Assembly (NCBI GenBank): GCA_944385475.1
Contig: CALWXJ010000003.1
Span: 290 to 64,289 of the forward strand
From: an uncultured Oscillospiraceae bacterium
Lineage (GTDB): Bacteria > Bacillota > Clostridia > Oscillospirales > Oscillospiraceae
Direction of reading: 5' to 3'
DNA length: 64,000 nucleotides
Shown here: positions 1-9,338 of the stretch, in pieces
Position numbering within the stretch: the first letter of the stretch is position 1
How the letters are laid out: each line of letters starts with the position of its first letter
The notes under the pieces: generated by a model
Databases searched by the model: none
What the model was told of the DNA's origin: nothing
What the model saw: the letters and a program-made list of their open reading frames with translations, nothing else
Translations under genes and position numbers: made by a program

Positions 1-239
1 TCATCACAGCGCGTTGTCACATAGCCGCAGGGCTTGTTAAGCATGATATAAAGATGTTTTTCGGGGGCAGTAAGGGGTTTACCGTCTACCCGGATATCGT
101 CCCGGTCCATGTCTGCCCGCTGTCCCAATTGAGCCTTCCGGCCGTTTACCGTGACCCGTCCGGCAGTAATGTACGTCTCCGAAGCCCGTCGGGAGCAGAT
201 CCCGGCGGCGGAGAGCAGTTTTTGCAATCGTTCTTCCAT
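1..239 (-). CDS. rluB: 23S rRNA pseudouridine synthase RluB family, N-terminal part (runs off the window edge)
   Basis: Hand translation from ATG at 239: MEERLQKLLSAAGICSRRASETYITAGRVTVNG...YIMLNKPCGYVTT = S4 domain plus NKPxG motif; follows dacB. Confidence 0.9.
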   Translation of the reverse strand, partial: MEERLQKLLSAAGICSRRASETYITAGRVTVNGRKAQLGQRADMDRDDIRVDGKPLTAPEKHLYIMLNKPCGYVTTRCD

Positions 240-249
240 GTTCCTGTTC

Positions 250-1350
250 CTATTTTTCTATACTCAGGTGCAGAGTTCCCAGTGCAGAGGCGACCTCCGG
301 AGCCACACTTTGTCCGCACAGAAGGCCTACCCGGCCTATTTCTGTTCCATTCCAGGTAAAAATCATCTCTCCCACCTGATCACCGGCGCTTAAAGGCGCA
401 TGCAGATCCTGGTCCAAGGAGATCTCAGAAGAAAAGTTTTCTCCCTGTGCCACGGGCCAGGAAAAGCTGTCCGCCGCCACCAGCGGCACCGTTCCCCGGC
501 TCCCCCCGATGACGGGGAGCGTGCCGGCAATTTCTCCAACCGCAATTCCCTGGCGGTCAGAGTATGTGGAAAAGCCGTATTCATACAGAGCCTGGTGGTC
601 AGCCCAATCATTGCCATCCTGCAGAGTAACCGCCACCAGCCGCTGTCCATTTCTCTGGGCACAGGTGACCAATGTCCTTCCTGCTGCAATGGTATAGCCG
701 GTTTTAAGTCCCAGACAACCACTGAACGTATTGAGTAGTTTATTGTGGTTGGTCATGGTGCGCCCGCCAATGGTAATGGTACGGGTGGAGGCGATGCGCA
801 GCAAGGTCTCATTATTTGCCGCCGCCGCCGCAAGAAGTGCCATATCCCGGGCTGTGGAATAGTGATCGCCGTTTTCTGTGTGGTCCAGTCCGTGCGGGTT
901 GGTGAAATGGGAGTTTTCCATTCCGATTTCCTGGGCAAGATCGTTCATCCGCTGGGCAAAGGCATCTACCCCGCCGGCAATATGATCGGCAATGGCAACA
1001 GCGGCATCATTGCCCGAGCAGAGCAGCAGGCCATAGAGCAGTGTCTCCAGTGTCAGCTGCTCTCCTGCCTTGAGATACATGGAAGAGCCCTCTGTACCTG
1101 CGGCGTCCCCGCCCACTGTCACGATGTCATCCAAATTTCCGTCCCGCAGTGCCACCAGGGCAGTGAGAAGCTTTGTGGTACTGGCGATCAGCATTTTCTT
1201 ATCGGCGTTTTGCTCATATAAAATACGGCCGCTGTCGACATCCATCAAAACAGCTGCTGTAGCAGATGTGCTGACTGCACGGGCCTGGCCGCACAGGAAA
1301 AACACCAGTATCAACGTCGCTCCAGCGCGGCGCAATACAGAAGGAAACAA
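250..1350 (-). CDS. dacB: D-alanyl-D-alanine carboxypeptidase (S11, DacB/DacF-like)
   Basis: Signal peptide; ASTTK (SxxK), SGN (SxN) and KTG motifs; scpAB-ytfIJ-dacB-rluB context. Confidence 0.9.
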   Translation of the reverse strand: MFPSVLRRAGATLILVFFLCGQARAVSTSATAAVLMDVDSGRILYEQNADKKMLIASTTKLLTALVALRDGNLDDIVTVGGDAAGTEGSSMYLKAGEQLTLETLLYGLLLCSGNDAAVAIADHIAGGVDAFAQRMNDLAQEIGMENSHFTNPHGLDHTENGDHYSTARDMALLAAAAANNETLLRIASTRTITIGGRTMTNHNKLLNTFSGCLGLKTGYTIAAGRTLVTCAQRNGQRLVAVTLQDGNDWADHQALYEYGFSTYSDRQGIAVGEIAGTLPVIGGSRGTVPLVAADSFSWPVAQGENFSSEISLDQDLHAPLSAGDQVGEMIFTWNGTEIGRVGLLCGQSVAPEVASALGTLHLSIEK

Positions 1351-1368
1351 AAGAGCATCACCTCATCG

Positions 1369-1782
1369 TCACATGTCAGTGACGGTAGTATACCCCGCTT
1401 CCTCCTCTACTTCTGCTTCTTTTTTGTCGAAAATTTTTACCACTTTATTGATTACATCCGGTGCCATGTCCACGATCCGTTCCACAGAAGAAGCCGGTGG
1501 GACCGCCGCAGGAAGCACTCTGGCAACCCCATCTTTGATAATCAAAAAAACCACCGGATCAATATTTACGCCTGCAGCGCTGGCTCCGCCAAAATTGGAA
1601 GTGGTTTTCCCATAATCTCCGCCGCCGATGCCGAATCCAAAGTGGACTTTGGAAATCGGAATCAATGTCACGCCATCGGAAGTAACGATGGGCTTTCCCA
1701 CAATGCTGTTTGTGTCTACCATCTCATGAACTTTGTCGATGGTATCCCGCATGAGATCACTCAAAGAACTGTTTTTTTCCAT
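1369..1782 (-). CDS. ytfJ: GerW/YtfJ family sporulation protein
   Basis: VDTNSIVGKPI..LIPISKVHFGFGIGGGD..GGASAAGV signature. Confidence 0.9.
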   Translation of the reverse strand: MEKNSSLSDLMRDTIDKVHEMVDTNSIVGKPIVTSDGVTLIPISKVHFGFGIGGGDYGKTTSNFGGASAAGVNIDPVVFLIIKDGVARVLPAAVPPASSVERIVDMAPDVINKVVKIFDKKEAEVEEEAGYTTVTDM

Positions 1783-1796
1783 GATACTTTCCTTTC

Positions 1797-2438
1797 TCAG
1801 GCGGCAGTACCCTGCGTAAGGGGAGCAGCCTGCTGTTGCTTATGATAGGCTTTCAACCAGCGCAAAACAGGAATTGCAAAAGACAATGCCATGGACACCA
1901 AGCTTCCGATTCTGGCGCTGATGCCAACTTCACCGGTAAGATCCCACGGTTCCTTTTGAAAATCCATTCCAATATGGATCTGGGCATCTGGAATCCGCAG
2001 TCCCTGCTCCAAGAGGGGCATGACGGTCCAAACTCCCATTTGCAGCCATCCGAAGAGCTTGGCAGCCTGGGCAGGGTCTTCCCTGCCCCCAATGATACAG
2101 CAAAGGTGCAATGGATCGATGGTAATGGCCCGGCGCCCCTTGGAAAGTGTTTTTTTTAAAGACGGCCAGAGAACCTGCACTGATTCCCAAAGGAAAGAGG
2201 CTGACACATTCTTTTTCCCTGAAGCGGGTTTTGGGTATTTTTTCTCGTTTGTACCCTCTTTTCCATGAGACTTCTCATCCGTCTTCTCCCGGGGGGAAAT
2301 CTGACGGGTAAGGGGGCCGATTTTTATAAAAAAGGTAATTGCCCCATGAAGGAAATGGACCTTGATTCCAACAGGAAGCATCAAAAGGCAAATTACTATG
2401 GCAAGCATGATGCAAAAAACCCACCATAGGATACCCAT
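1797..2438 (-). CDS. DUF2953/YtfI-like membrane-anchored protein
   Basis: N-terminal TM helix, EDPAQAAKLFG motif, directly upstream of ytfJ; AGGAGG RBS favours ATG 2438. Confidence 0.75.
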   Translation of the reverse strand: MGILWWVFCIMLAIVICLLMLPVGIKVHFLHGAITFFIKIGPLTRQISPREKTDEKSHGKEGTNEKKYPKPASGKKNVSASFLWESVQVLWPSLKKTLSKGRRAITIDPLHLCCIIGGREDPAQAAKLFGWLQMGVWTVMPLLEQGLRIPDAQIHIGMDFQKEPWDLTGEVGISARIGSLVSMALSFAIPVLRWLKAYHKQQQAAPLTQGTAA

Positions 2439-2525
2439 CTTGACCACCCTCCTTTCCTGGCAGATAGCGGTATAACCTGTCTCTCAGGCCTCCGCTTCAG
2501 GCGGATCTTCATGACGCTCTGCCTT

Positions 2526-3116
2526 TCATCCTTCCGCTTCCGCCGCCGGATCTACGATCTTTCCATTTTCATCCAGACACATCTGCCCCTCTCCCGTCAA
2601 ATCCGGCATCTCAGGTAATTCTTCCAGACTGGTGAGATGAAAGGCCCGCAGGAACTGTTTAGTCGTCCGATATAAATGCGGTCTTCCCGGCACCTGTAGA
2701 CGCCCGCACTCTTCAATCAAACCCCGCTCCTGAAGAAGGCTCATGGTATAAGCACTGTCCACGCCCCGCACCTGGTCCACATAAGTTCGGGTGGTGGGCT
2801 GGTAGTATGCGATGATGGTCAACACCTCCAAAGCCGGCTGACTGAGTTTTGCAGGCTTCCGGATCTCAAAGGCCTTGCGAATCACGTCGGCATAATCCGG
2901 TGCGGAGCACAGTTGATAAGTGTCTTCCACCCGCAGCAGACGAACACCGCGGCGCTCATAGGCATAGTGATCAGCCAGCTTCTGCAGCACCTGTTCCATG
3001 GTGGCACGATCCAATTCCAGAGCCAGACAGATGCGGTCTATAGGAATCGGCTCCCCAGAGGCAAACAAAATTGCCTCCGCGGCAGATTCAATCTCTCTCA
3101 TTTCCAGGGACTCCAT
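2526..3116 (-). CDS. scpB: SMC-Scp complex subunit ScpB
   Basis: EAILFASGEP, LSQPALEVLTIIAYYQP, RGVDS, GRPHLYRTT. Confidence 0.97.
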   Translation of the reverse strand: MESLEMREIESAAEAILFASGEPIPIDRICLALELDRATMEQVLQKLADHYAYERRGVRLLRVEDTYQLCSAPDYADVIRKAFEIRKPAKLSQPALEVLTIIAYYQPTTRTYVDQVRGVDSAYTMSLLQERGLIEECGRLQVPGRPHLYRTTKQFLRAFHLTSLEELPEMPDLTGEGQMCLDENGKIVDPAAEAEG

Positions 3117-3137
3117 ATCGCGGCTCCTTCAAAACTA

Positions 3138-3920
3138 TCAAAACTTCAAGTCGTCTGGCAGATTCTCTCCTTGTTGGACAGTGCAATCCAGCGCAGAGCC
3201 CGCTAAATGCAGCACTCTGGCCCGGCACAGCTCCAAAACAGCCAAAAAGGTGGCCACTACCTCGCTCCTGCTGCAGCTTCCCCGAAATAGAAGCAAAAAT
3301 CGGGTGATTCCACCTTCCCGAATGCGACTGATAATCTCCCGGGCCTTATTCTCCACGGGATAGGGCTCTTGACGAACGATCTGAGTAAAGGCCGACTTAG
3401 GGGGAGGCATCAGCCGCTCTGCCCGGCTGCGAATCTCCGCCATGGCGGAAATCAAATCTTCCTTTTCATGGCTGTATTCGTAAGTTTTTCCCCGTTCCAC
3501 AGGTTCCGGGGGCCGGGTGAGGATATTACGCCCAAATTCCTGCATGGGATCCAGCTTTTCGCAAAGAGATTTTACCCGCAGGTAACTCTCATTACGGCGC
3601 CGCTCCTCCAGGGACTGGATCAGAGCGTCCATTTCGCTTTGTGCCTCTTCATCCTCAATCGACAATAGCATCCTGGTCTTCAAATATACCAAGTGAGAGG
3701 CCATGGTGACAAACTCGCTGGCAACCTCCAGGTCCATCTGCTGGCGCTGTTGGATCCAAGATACATACTGGTCGCAGATCATGGAGATGGAAATATCCTG
3801 AATTTCCATCTTATTTTTGCTCAGCAAAAATAAGATGACATCCAAAGGACCTTCAAAGTCCTGCATTTGCGCAGAGGGCGCCCGGACGACTTTTTCCAAT
3901 TTAAATACAGGGTTTTCCAA
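3138..3920 (-). CDS. scpA: Segregation/condensation protein A (kleisin)
   Basis: FEGPLDVILFL, EFVTMASHLVYLKTRMLL, VATFLAVLEL; TTG start. Confidence 0.96.
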   Translation of the reverse strand: MENPVFKLEKVVRAPSAQMQDFEGPLDVILFLLSKNKMEIQDISISMICDQYVSWIQQRQQMDLEVASEFVTMASHLVYLKTRMLLSIEDEEAQSEMDALIQSLEERRRNESYLRVKSLCEKLDPMQEFGRNILTRPPEPVERGKTYEYSHEKEDLISAMAEIRSRAERLMPPPKSAFTQIVRQEPYPVENKAREIISRIREGGITRFLLLFRGSCSRSEVVATFLAVLELCRARVLHLAGSALDCTVQQGENLPDDLKF

Positions 3921-3950
3921 TACGTAGGTCCCACCTTCCTAAGATGGAAA

Positions 3951-4610
3951 TCAGTATATCAGGCGGAACATGGCCTCATACACAAAATAAATGACATTGG
4001 AAATAAGACTGCTGGTCAGACCAAAATAAGATAAAAACAGCAGCAAGACAATGCCATAGCGCTCATAGCGCATACAGGAGATGTACAGTTGATCCGGCAA
4101 AAGGGCTGCCGCGACCTTGAATCCATCCAGAGGAGGAAAGGGCAAGAGATTGAAAAGGCCAAGACCAACGGACATGGGAGCCAAGCAGTACAACAGAAAA
4201 TTGAAGAGAAACCCGGATACAGCGCCATACGGCACAAACCGGTAAATGGCATAGCTTCCTGCAATGGCAAGAAGGGCCAGAATCAAATTAGACACAGGGC
4301 CGGCCAAGGCCGTCAGTGCCATTCCCTGCTTGGGCTTTTTAAAATACCGGGGATCTACCGGAACAGGTTTTGCCCAGCCAAACCCCGCCACAAACATAAA
4401 AAACAGGCCAATCCAGTCAATATGCCTCAGGGGATTCAAACTCAGTCGGTGCATGGACTTTGCAGTGGGATCCCCCAGGGCCAGTGCCGCAAGGCCATGG
4501 CAAGTTTCATGGATCGTGAGGCACAAAAACACAGCCACCAGCCGCGCCAATGCATCTCCAAGGGAGGATAGATCCAGCGCCTGAAACAGGTTTTGCAAAT
4601 AATGAAGCAT
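3951..4610 (-). CDS. Site-2 protease (M50) family membrane metalloprotease
   Basis: HETCH zinc motif, AGPVSN, FNLLPFPPLDG. Confidence 0.93.
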   Translation of the reverse strand: MLHYLQNLFQALDLSSLGDALARLVAVFLCLTIHETCHGLAALALGDPTAKSMHRLSLNPLRHIDWIGLFFMFVAGFGWAKPVPVDPRYFKKPKQGMALTALAGPVSNLILALLAIAGSYAIYRFVPYGAVSGFLFNFLLYCLAPMSVGLGLFNLLPFPPLDGFKVAAALLPDQLYISCMRYERYGIVLLLFLSYFGLTSSLISNVIYFVYEAMFRLIY

Positions 4611-4773
4611 AGCTCTCCCCCACTGCAATTTGTAAAGATAACAATTATATTATACCAGTTTTCGCCTTGCAATACAAGGAAAAATCCGTAGACCGCATGT
4701 CCTCTGATCCGGGCAAACACATCAGATTTCAAAAAAATTTCCCGGAAATATTTTGTGCGGTGCGTTGGCATCA

Positions 4774-4814
4774 AAAATAAGAGGGCCCGGGGAAACAAAT
4801 TTCCTCGGGCCCTT
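4774..4814 (-). terminator. Intrinsic terminator of rpsB-tsf
   Basis: GAGGGCCCGGGGAAA/TTTCCTCGGGCCCTT hairpin followed by a T tract on the minus strand. Confidence 0.75.
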
Positions 4815-4868
4815 TCGGGACATTTTTTAGAGGCAATATGCCTGTTTTGCAGGGGACAAACTCAAAAA

Positions 4869-5786
4869 TTAACCCTTCACCATGGAGGCAATTTCTGCAG
4901 CGAAATTCTCCTCTTTTTTCTCAATGCCCTCGCCCTTTTCAAAGCGGACAGCATCCTTAAAGGTGATCTTGCCGCCCAGAGCCTTGGCCACAGAGGCAAG
5001 GTATCCCTCAACCGTCATGGAGTTGTCCTTTACAAACTCCTGCTGCAGCAGGCAGTTTTCCGCATAGAACTTATTCATCTTGCCCATGACGATCTTTTCC
5101 CGGACATTCTCGGGCTTGTTGGCCATCTTGGGATCATTTTCCATCTGGACCATCATGATCTTCTTCTCTTCATCCAGCACATCCTGGGTGACCTGTGTCT
5201 TATCCCAGAAACGAGGATTCAAGGCGGCGATCTGCATGGCCACATCCTTGCCGGCTTCTTCCACCTTTTCGGCGGGCAGGTCCGTCTCCAGATTCACCAA
5301 AACGCCGATCTTACCGCCGGCGTGGACATAGGCCACGCTGACACCATCAGCAAACCGGGCAAACCGACGCACCTTGATATTCTCACCGATCACCAGGACC
5401 ATCTCCTGCTGCTGCTGGGTGACCGTGAGGTCACTGCCGCAGTATTTGCACGCCATCAAAGCGTCCAAATCCGCGGGATTCTCCTTAGCCACAGTATCAG
5501 CAACACCCTTGACAAAGTCCACGAACTTTTCGTTCTTGCCTACGAAGTCGGTCTCGGCATTCACCTCCACCACAACGCCTACGCCGTCCACTACCGTGGC
5601 ATAGGCCATGCCCTCGGCGGCAATCCGGCCAGCTTTCTTGGCAGAAGCAGCCATGCCCTTTTCGCGCAGCCACTCCACGGCCTTATCCATGTCGCCGTCA
5701 GAAGCGGTCAGTGCCTTCTTGCAATCCATCATACCTACGCCGGTCATCTCACGCAGGTTCTTTACATCAGCTGCGGTAAAAGCCAT
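4869..5786 (-). CDS. tsf: Translation elongation factor Ts
   Basis: LREMTGVGMMDCKKAL, EVNAETDFV; downstream of rpsB. Confidence 0.99.
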   Translation of the reverse strand: MAFTAADVKNLREMTGVGMMDCKKALTASDGDMDKAVEWLREKGMAASAKKAGRIAAEGMAYATVVDGVGVVVEVNAETDFVGKNEKFVDFVKGVADTVAKENPADLDALMACKYCGSDLTVTQQQQEMVLVIGENIKVRRFARFADGVSVAYVHAGGKIGVLVNLETDLPAEKVEEAGKDVAMQIAALNPRFWDKTQVTQDVLDEEKKIMMVQMENDPKMANKPENVREKIVMGKMNKFYAENCLLQQEFVKDNSMTVEGYLASVAKALGGKITFKDAVRFEKGEGIEKKEENFAAEIASMVKG

Positions 5787-5833
5787 TTTACGTTCCTCCA
5801 ATATTTGAATAAGAGCAGATCGTCAAAATGATG

Positions 5834-6583
5834 TTATTCGGCGTCTGCGGCGGCAGACTCTGCCTCAGCGGCCTCGGTATCCTCCACCTGCTCGCCCTGC
5901 TTGCCCTCCAGCACAGCGTTGGCCATGATGGAAGAGATGAGCTTAATGGCGCGAATGGCATCATCATTGCCGGGGATCACATAGTCGATCTCGTCAGGGT
6001 CGCAGTTGGTATCAGCGATCGCCACCACAGGGATGCCCAGCTTGTGTGCTTCTGCAATGGCGTTGCGCTCTTTCCGAGTGTCTACAATGAACAAGGCGCC
6101 GGGCAGACGCTTCATCTCCTTCACGCCGCCCAGATACTTCTCCAGCTTCTCGATCTCACCCAGGTGCTTCATGACTTCTTTTTTGGGCAGCATATCAAAG
6201 GTGCCGTCTTCCTGCATCTTTTTGAGCTGATTGAGGCGATCCACCCGGGTGCGCATGGTCTTGAAGTTGGTCATCATGCCGCCCAGCCAACGGGCGTTGA
6301 CATAGTACTGGCCGCAGCGGGTGGCCTCTTCCTTAATGGCTTCCTGCGCCTGCTTCTTCGTGCCCACAAACAGCAGTGCCTGGCCGCTTTCCGCCAAGGA
6401 GCGGACGAAGGCATAGGCCTCTTCCAGCTTCTTCACGGTCTTCTGCAGGTCCACGATATAAATGCCGTTGCGCTCCGTATAAATGTAAGGAGCCATCTTG
6501 GGGTTCCAGCGGCGGGTCTGGTGACCAAAGTGGACGCCTGCCTCCAGCAGAGCCTTCATGGAAACGACGTTAGAATTTGCCAT
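5834..6583 (-). CDS. rpsB: 30S ribosomal protein S2
   Basis: [29 protein letters not shown]; GGAGG RBS before ATG 6583. Confidence 0.99.
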   Translation of the reverse strand: MANSNVVSMKALLEAGVHFGHQTRRWNPKMAPYIYTERNGIYIVDLQKTVKKLEEAYAFVRSLAESGQALLFVGTKKQAQEAIKEEATRCGQYYVNARWLGGMMTNFKTMRTRVDRLNQLKKMQEDGTFDMLPKKEVMKHLGEIEKLEKYLGGVKEMKRLPGALFIVDTRKERNAIAEAHKLGIPVVAIADTNCDPDEIDYVIPGNDDAIRAIKLISSIMANAVLEGKQGEQVEDTEAAEAESAAADAE

Positions 6584-6597
6584 AGTGTTTAATTCCT

Positions 6598-6700
6598 CCA
6601 AAATCAATTTAGTTCTGCCTCTGGCTGCTTCCTCCCCTCTGCCAACCCGGCGTTTTCCCTGCCGGGCACAGACAGAGCGTCCACAGCCATGCGGAATGCT
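6598..6700 (-). promoter_or_regulatory. Probable structured rpsB 5' leader (S2 autoregulatory element), downstream of a sigmaA-like promoter (TTGCAT-N17-TATCAT, 6706-6734)
   Basis: About 115-nt leader with nested pairings (GGCTG..CAGCC, CCCGGC..GCCGGG); rpsB leaders are known S2-binding sites. Confidence 0.55.
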
Positions 6701-6825
6701 GAAATATGATACCATAAGCGGGAGTCCAATGCAAGTATTTTTTCCAAAATCACGCAAAAGACTCCGCCTATTTGGCAGAGTTTTTTCGCATTCTTAAACA
6801 TTTTTATAAAATTAAAAATTAAAAC

Positions 6826-7110
6826 TTAGAACTTTTTCCGCCGCTTGCGCTCCAACTCCGGGCTTCTGCGCTGAAAGGATTTGTCGATGAGGATAATATC
6901 GTCGCCGATCCGCTGGATACAGTCCCAGGGGATGTAATAGTCCTCCCCTCTGCCAAAGAGTCCGAAAAACCGGCAGGGGCCAAATACTATAATGGCAGCC
7001 ACACGCCCTTCCGGGACCTGAATATCCACATCCCCCACAAAACCAAGACGGCAGCCATCGTGGACATTGATCACTTCTTTGTTGCGCAACTCCCGCATCT
7101 GCACCTGCAT
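6826..7110 (-). CDS. ylmC: YlmC/YmxH family PRC-barrel sporulation protein
   Basis: ELRNKEVINVHDGCRLG...IPWDCIQRIGDDIILI. Confidence 0.92.
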   Translation of the reverse strand: MQVQMRELRNKEVINVHDGCRLGFVGDVDIQVPEGRVAAIIVFGPCRFFGLFGRGEDYYIPWDCIQRIGDDIILIDKSFQRRSPELERKRRKKF

Positions 7111-7186
7111 GATAAATCCCTCCCTATCAAAGGCTATGCATGCCAACGCATGTCTCATGCACTGCAAAAAGCGACAAAAGCTGTCC

Positions 7187-7216
7187 GTATAGGAAAAAGA
7201 CGGCCGGGCCATACTG
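7187..7216 (+). promoter_or_regulatory. SigF/SigG-type promoter of sigG
   Basis: GTATA-N15-GGCCATACTG matches the forespore sigma consensus GYATA-N15-GGnnAnAnT. Confidence 0.7.
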
Positions 7217-7253
7217 ATTTTGTCAATACGAAGCAGCAGGAGGCGGCGGATCG

Positions 7254-8024
7254 GTGCAGGGAAAAGTGGAAATTGCCGGGGTCAATACGGCAAAATTAAA
7301 GGTGCTGAAAAGCGATGAGACCTTAGCCCTTCTGCGGCGGGTAAAGGAGGGCGATGAGACCGCCCGGCAACAGTTGATCGAGGGAAATCTCCGCCTGGTG
7401 CTGTCTGTCATCCAGCGTTTCAGCGGCCGTGGCGAAAGTGTGGATGATCTTTTTCAGGTGGGCTGCGTGGGGCTGATCAAAGCCATCGATCATTTTGATA
7501 TCTCTCAGCCGGTAAAATTCTCCACCTATGGCGTTCCCATGATCATCGGAGAAATCCGCCGTTACTTGCGGGACAACAGCGCCATTCGGGTCTCCCGCTC
7601 TATGCGGGACACCGCCTATCGGGTCCTGCAGACCCGAGAACGCCTGCTGCGGGAAAACCAAAAAGAACCCACGGTGGATGAGATCGCCCAGGAGCTGTCC
7701 CTGCCCCGGGAGGACGTGGTTTTTGCCATGGATGCCATCGTGGAACCCATCTCTCTTTATGAGCCGGTCTATTCTGACGGCGGCGACGCCCTTTGCGTAA
7801 TGGATCAGGTAAGCGATGGAAAAAACAGCGACGAACGCTGGACGGAACGCATTGCCCTGAAGGACGCCATAACCCATTTGAACGAGCGGGAGCGGCGGAT
7901 CCTGTCCCTGCGCTTTTATGAGGGCAAGACTCAAATGGAGGTGTCTGCGGAGGTGGGAATCTCCCAGGCACAGGTCTCGCGCCTGGAAAAAGGCGCTATC
8001 AACACCATCCGAAAAAACTTATAA
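7254..8024 (+). CDS. sigG: Sporulation sigma factor SigG
   Basis: KVEIAGVNTAKLKVL N-terminus, DDLFQVGCVGLIKAID, TQMEVSAEVGISQAQVSRLEK; GTG start. Confidence 0.97.
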   Translation: MQGKVEIAGVNTAKLKVLKSDETLALLRRVKEGDETARQQLIEGNLRLVLSVIQRFSGRGESVDDLFQVGCVGLIKAIDHFDISQPVKFSTYGVPMIIGEIRRYLRDNSAIRVSRSMRDTAYRVLQTRERLLRENQKEPTVDEIAQELSLPREDVVFAMDAIVEPISLYEPVYSDGGDALCVMDQVSDGKNSDERWTERIALKDAITHLNERERRILSLRFYEGKTQMEVSAEVGISQAQVSRLEKGAINTIRKNL

Positions 8025-8031
8025 CAGTTTG

Positions 8032-8066
8032 AAAAAAGGCTGTCCGGTAAATCCGGGCAGCCTTTT
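8032..8066. terminator. Bidirectional terminator between sigG and the U32 gene
   Basis: AAAAAAGGCTGTCCGG-TAAAT-CCGGGCAGCCTTTT. Confidence 0.8.
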
Positions 8067-8084
8067 ACACTTTATAGAGAGGCT

Positions 8085-9338
8085 TTATAGGTCATCCTTG
8101 GGGGACAGGGCCACCGCGTGGCGCAAAAATGTATCGGGAGGCACTGCCACAGGCAACTTCATCCGCACTTTCATCTGAGGAGTCCGGGGCTCTTCCACCT
8201 CCCGGCCTTCTTCGTCCCGCATCTGCGGCACTGTCATGGAAAAGGGGCGCAGATCCGGTCCCACCACTTCCACCGTGTCTCCCCGGCGAAATTTGTTTCG
8301 CAGCGAAAGCACTGCATTTCCCACGGAGTCGCATTGAGTGACAAGCGCAACCACTTGCCAGTCTCTCACATAGCGGGAGTTTTTATAATACTGTCCCGGA
8401 GGACCATAGTAAAACCCGGTGGAATAAGGGCGGTGACTCACCTTCTCCACCTCATCACGCCATAGAGGGTCCATTTTCCTTCCAGACAGCACATCATCCA
8501 GGCAATGGCGGTATGCTCCGGTAATGATCGCGGCATAGTACTCTGACTTGGCCCGCCCTTCGATTTTCAAACTGGAAAGCCCCGCCTCCACCAGATCCTG
8601 AAGGTGGTCGATCATGCACATGTCCCGGGAGTTGAGAATATAGGTGCCCATTTCATCTTCCGCAATGGGGAAGTACTCCCCGGGCCGCTTTTCCTCCATC
8701 AGGGCATACCGATAACGGCAGGGCTGGGCGCAGGCGCCGCGGTTGGAGTCCCGTCCCGTCATATAGTTGGAGAGCAGGCACCGGCCAGAGTAACTGACGC
8801 ACATGGCCCCATGGACAAATGCCTCCAATTCCAGCCCCGGAGGTGTATGATCACGGATTTGCCGGATCTCTTCCAGGCTCAGTTCCCGAGCCAAAATCAC
8901 CCGGGAAGCACCTAAATCATACCAAGCGCAGGCGGAGAGGGCATTGCTGACACTGACCTGGGTGGAAATGTGGCGCTGACAACGGGGGGCATATTTCCCT
9001 GCCAGATTGAAAACCCCCAAATCTGCTACGATCAGCGCATCCACCCCTGCCTCATTCAAGAGTTCCAGGTGGGCAGGAAGACGCGGCACCTCGTCTCCCC
9101 GGGGCATAGTATTGACCGTACAGTGGACACGGACACCGTGGCTGTGGGCAAACTCCACTGCCTGGCGAAGCTGTTCCGGGGGAAAGTTCCCCGCAAACGC
9201 CCGCATCCCAAAGCTGGTCCCCGCCAAGTAGACAGCATCTGCCCCGTAGGCCACCGCCATCTTCAAACGGGCCATATCCCCGGCCGGGCAGAGAAGCTCC
9301 GGTCCGGGGTGGCCACGATCCTGTTTTTTATCCTCCAT
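8085..9338 (-). CDS. Peptidase U32 family protein (TrhP-like tRNA hydroxylation)
   Basis: PELLCPAG, GADAVY, HGAMCVSYSGRCLLS, GACAQPCR, SLKIEGRAK; follows mltG. Confidence 0.93.
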   Translation of the reverse strand: MEDKKQDRGHPGPELLCPAGDMARLKMAVAYGADAVYLAGTSFGMRAFAGNFPPEQLRQAVEFAHSHGVRVHCTVNTMPRGDEVPRLPAHLELLNEAGVDALIVADLGVFNLAGKYAPRCQRHISTQVSVSNALSACAWYDLGASRVILARELSLEEIRQIRDHTPPGLELEAFVHGAMCVSYSGRCLLSNYMTGRDSNRGACAQPCRYRYALMEEKRPGEYFPIAEDEMGTYILNSRDMCMIDHLQDLVEAGLSSLKIEGRAKSEYYAAIITGAYRHCLDDVLSGRKMDPLWRDEVEKVSHRPYSTGFYYGPPGQYYKNSRYVRDWQVVALVTQCDSVGNAVLSLRNKFRRGDTVEVVGPDLRPFSMTVPQMRDEEGREVEEPRTPQMKVRMKLPVAVPPDTFLRHAVALSPKDDL

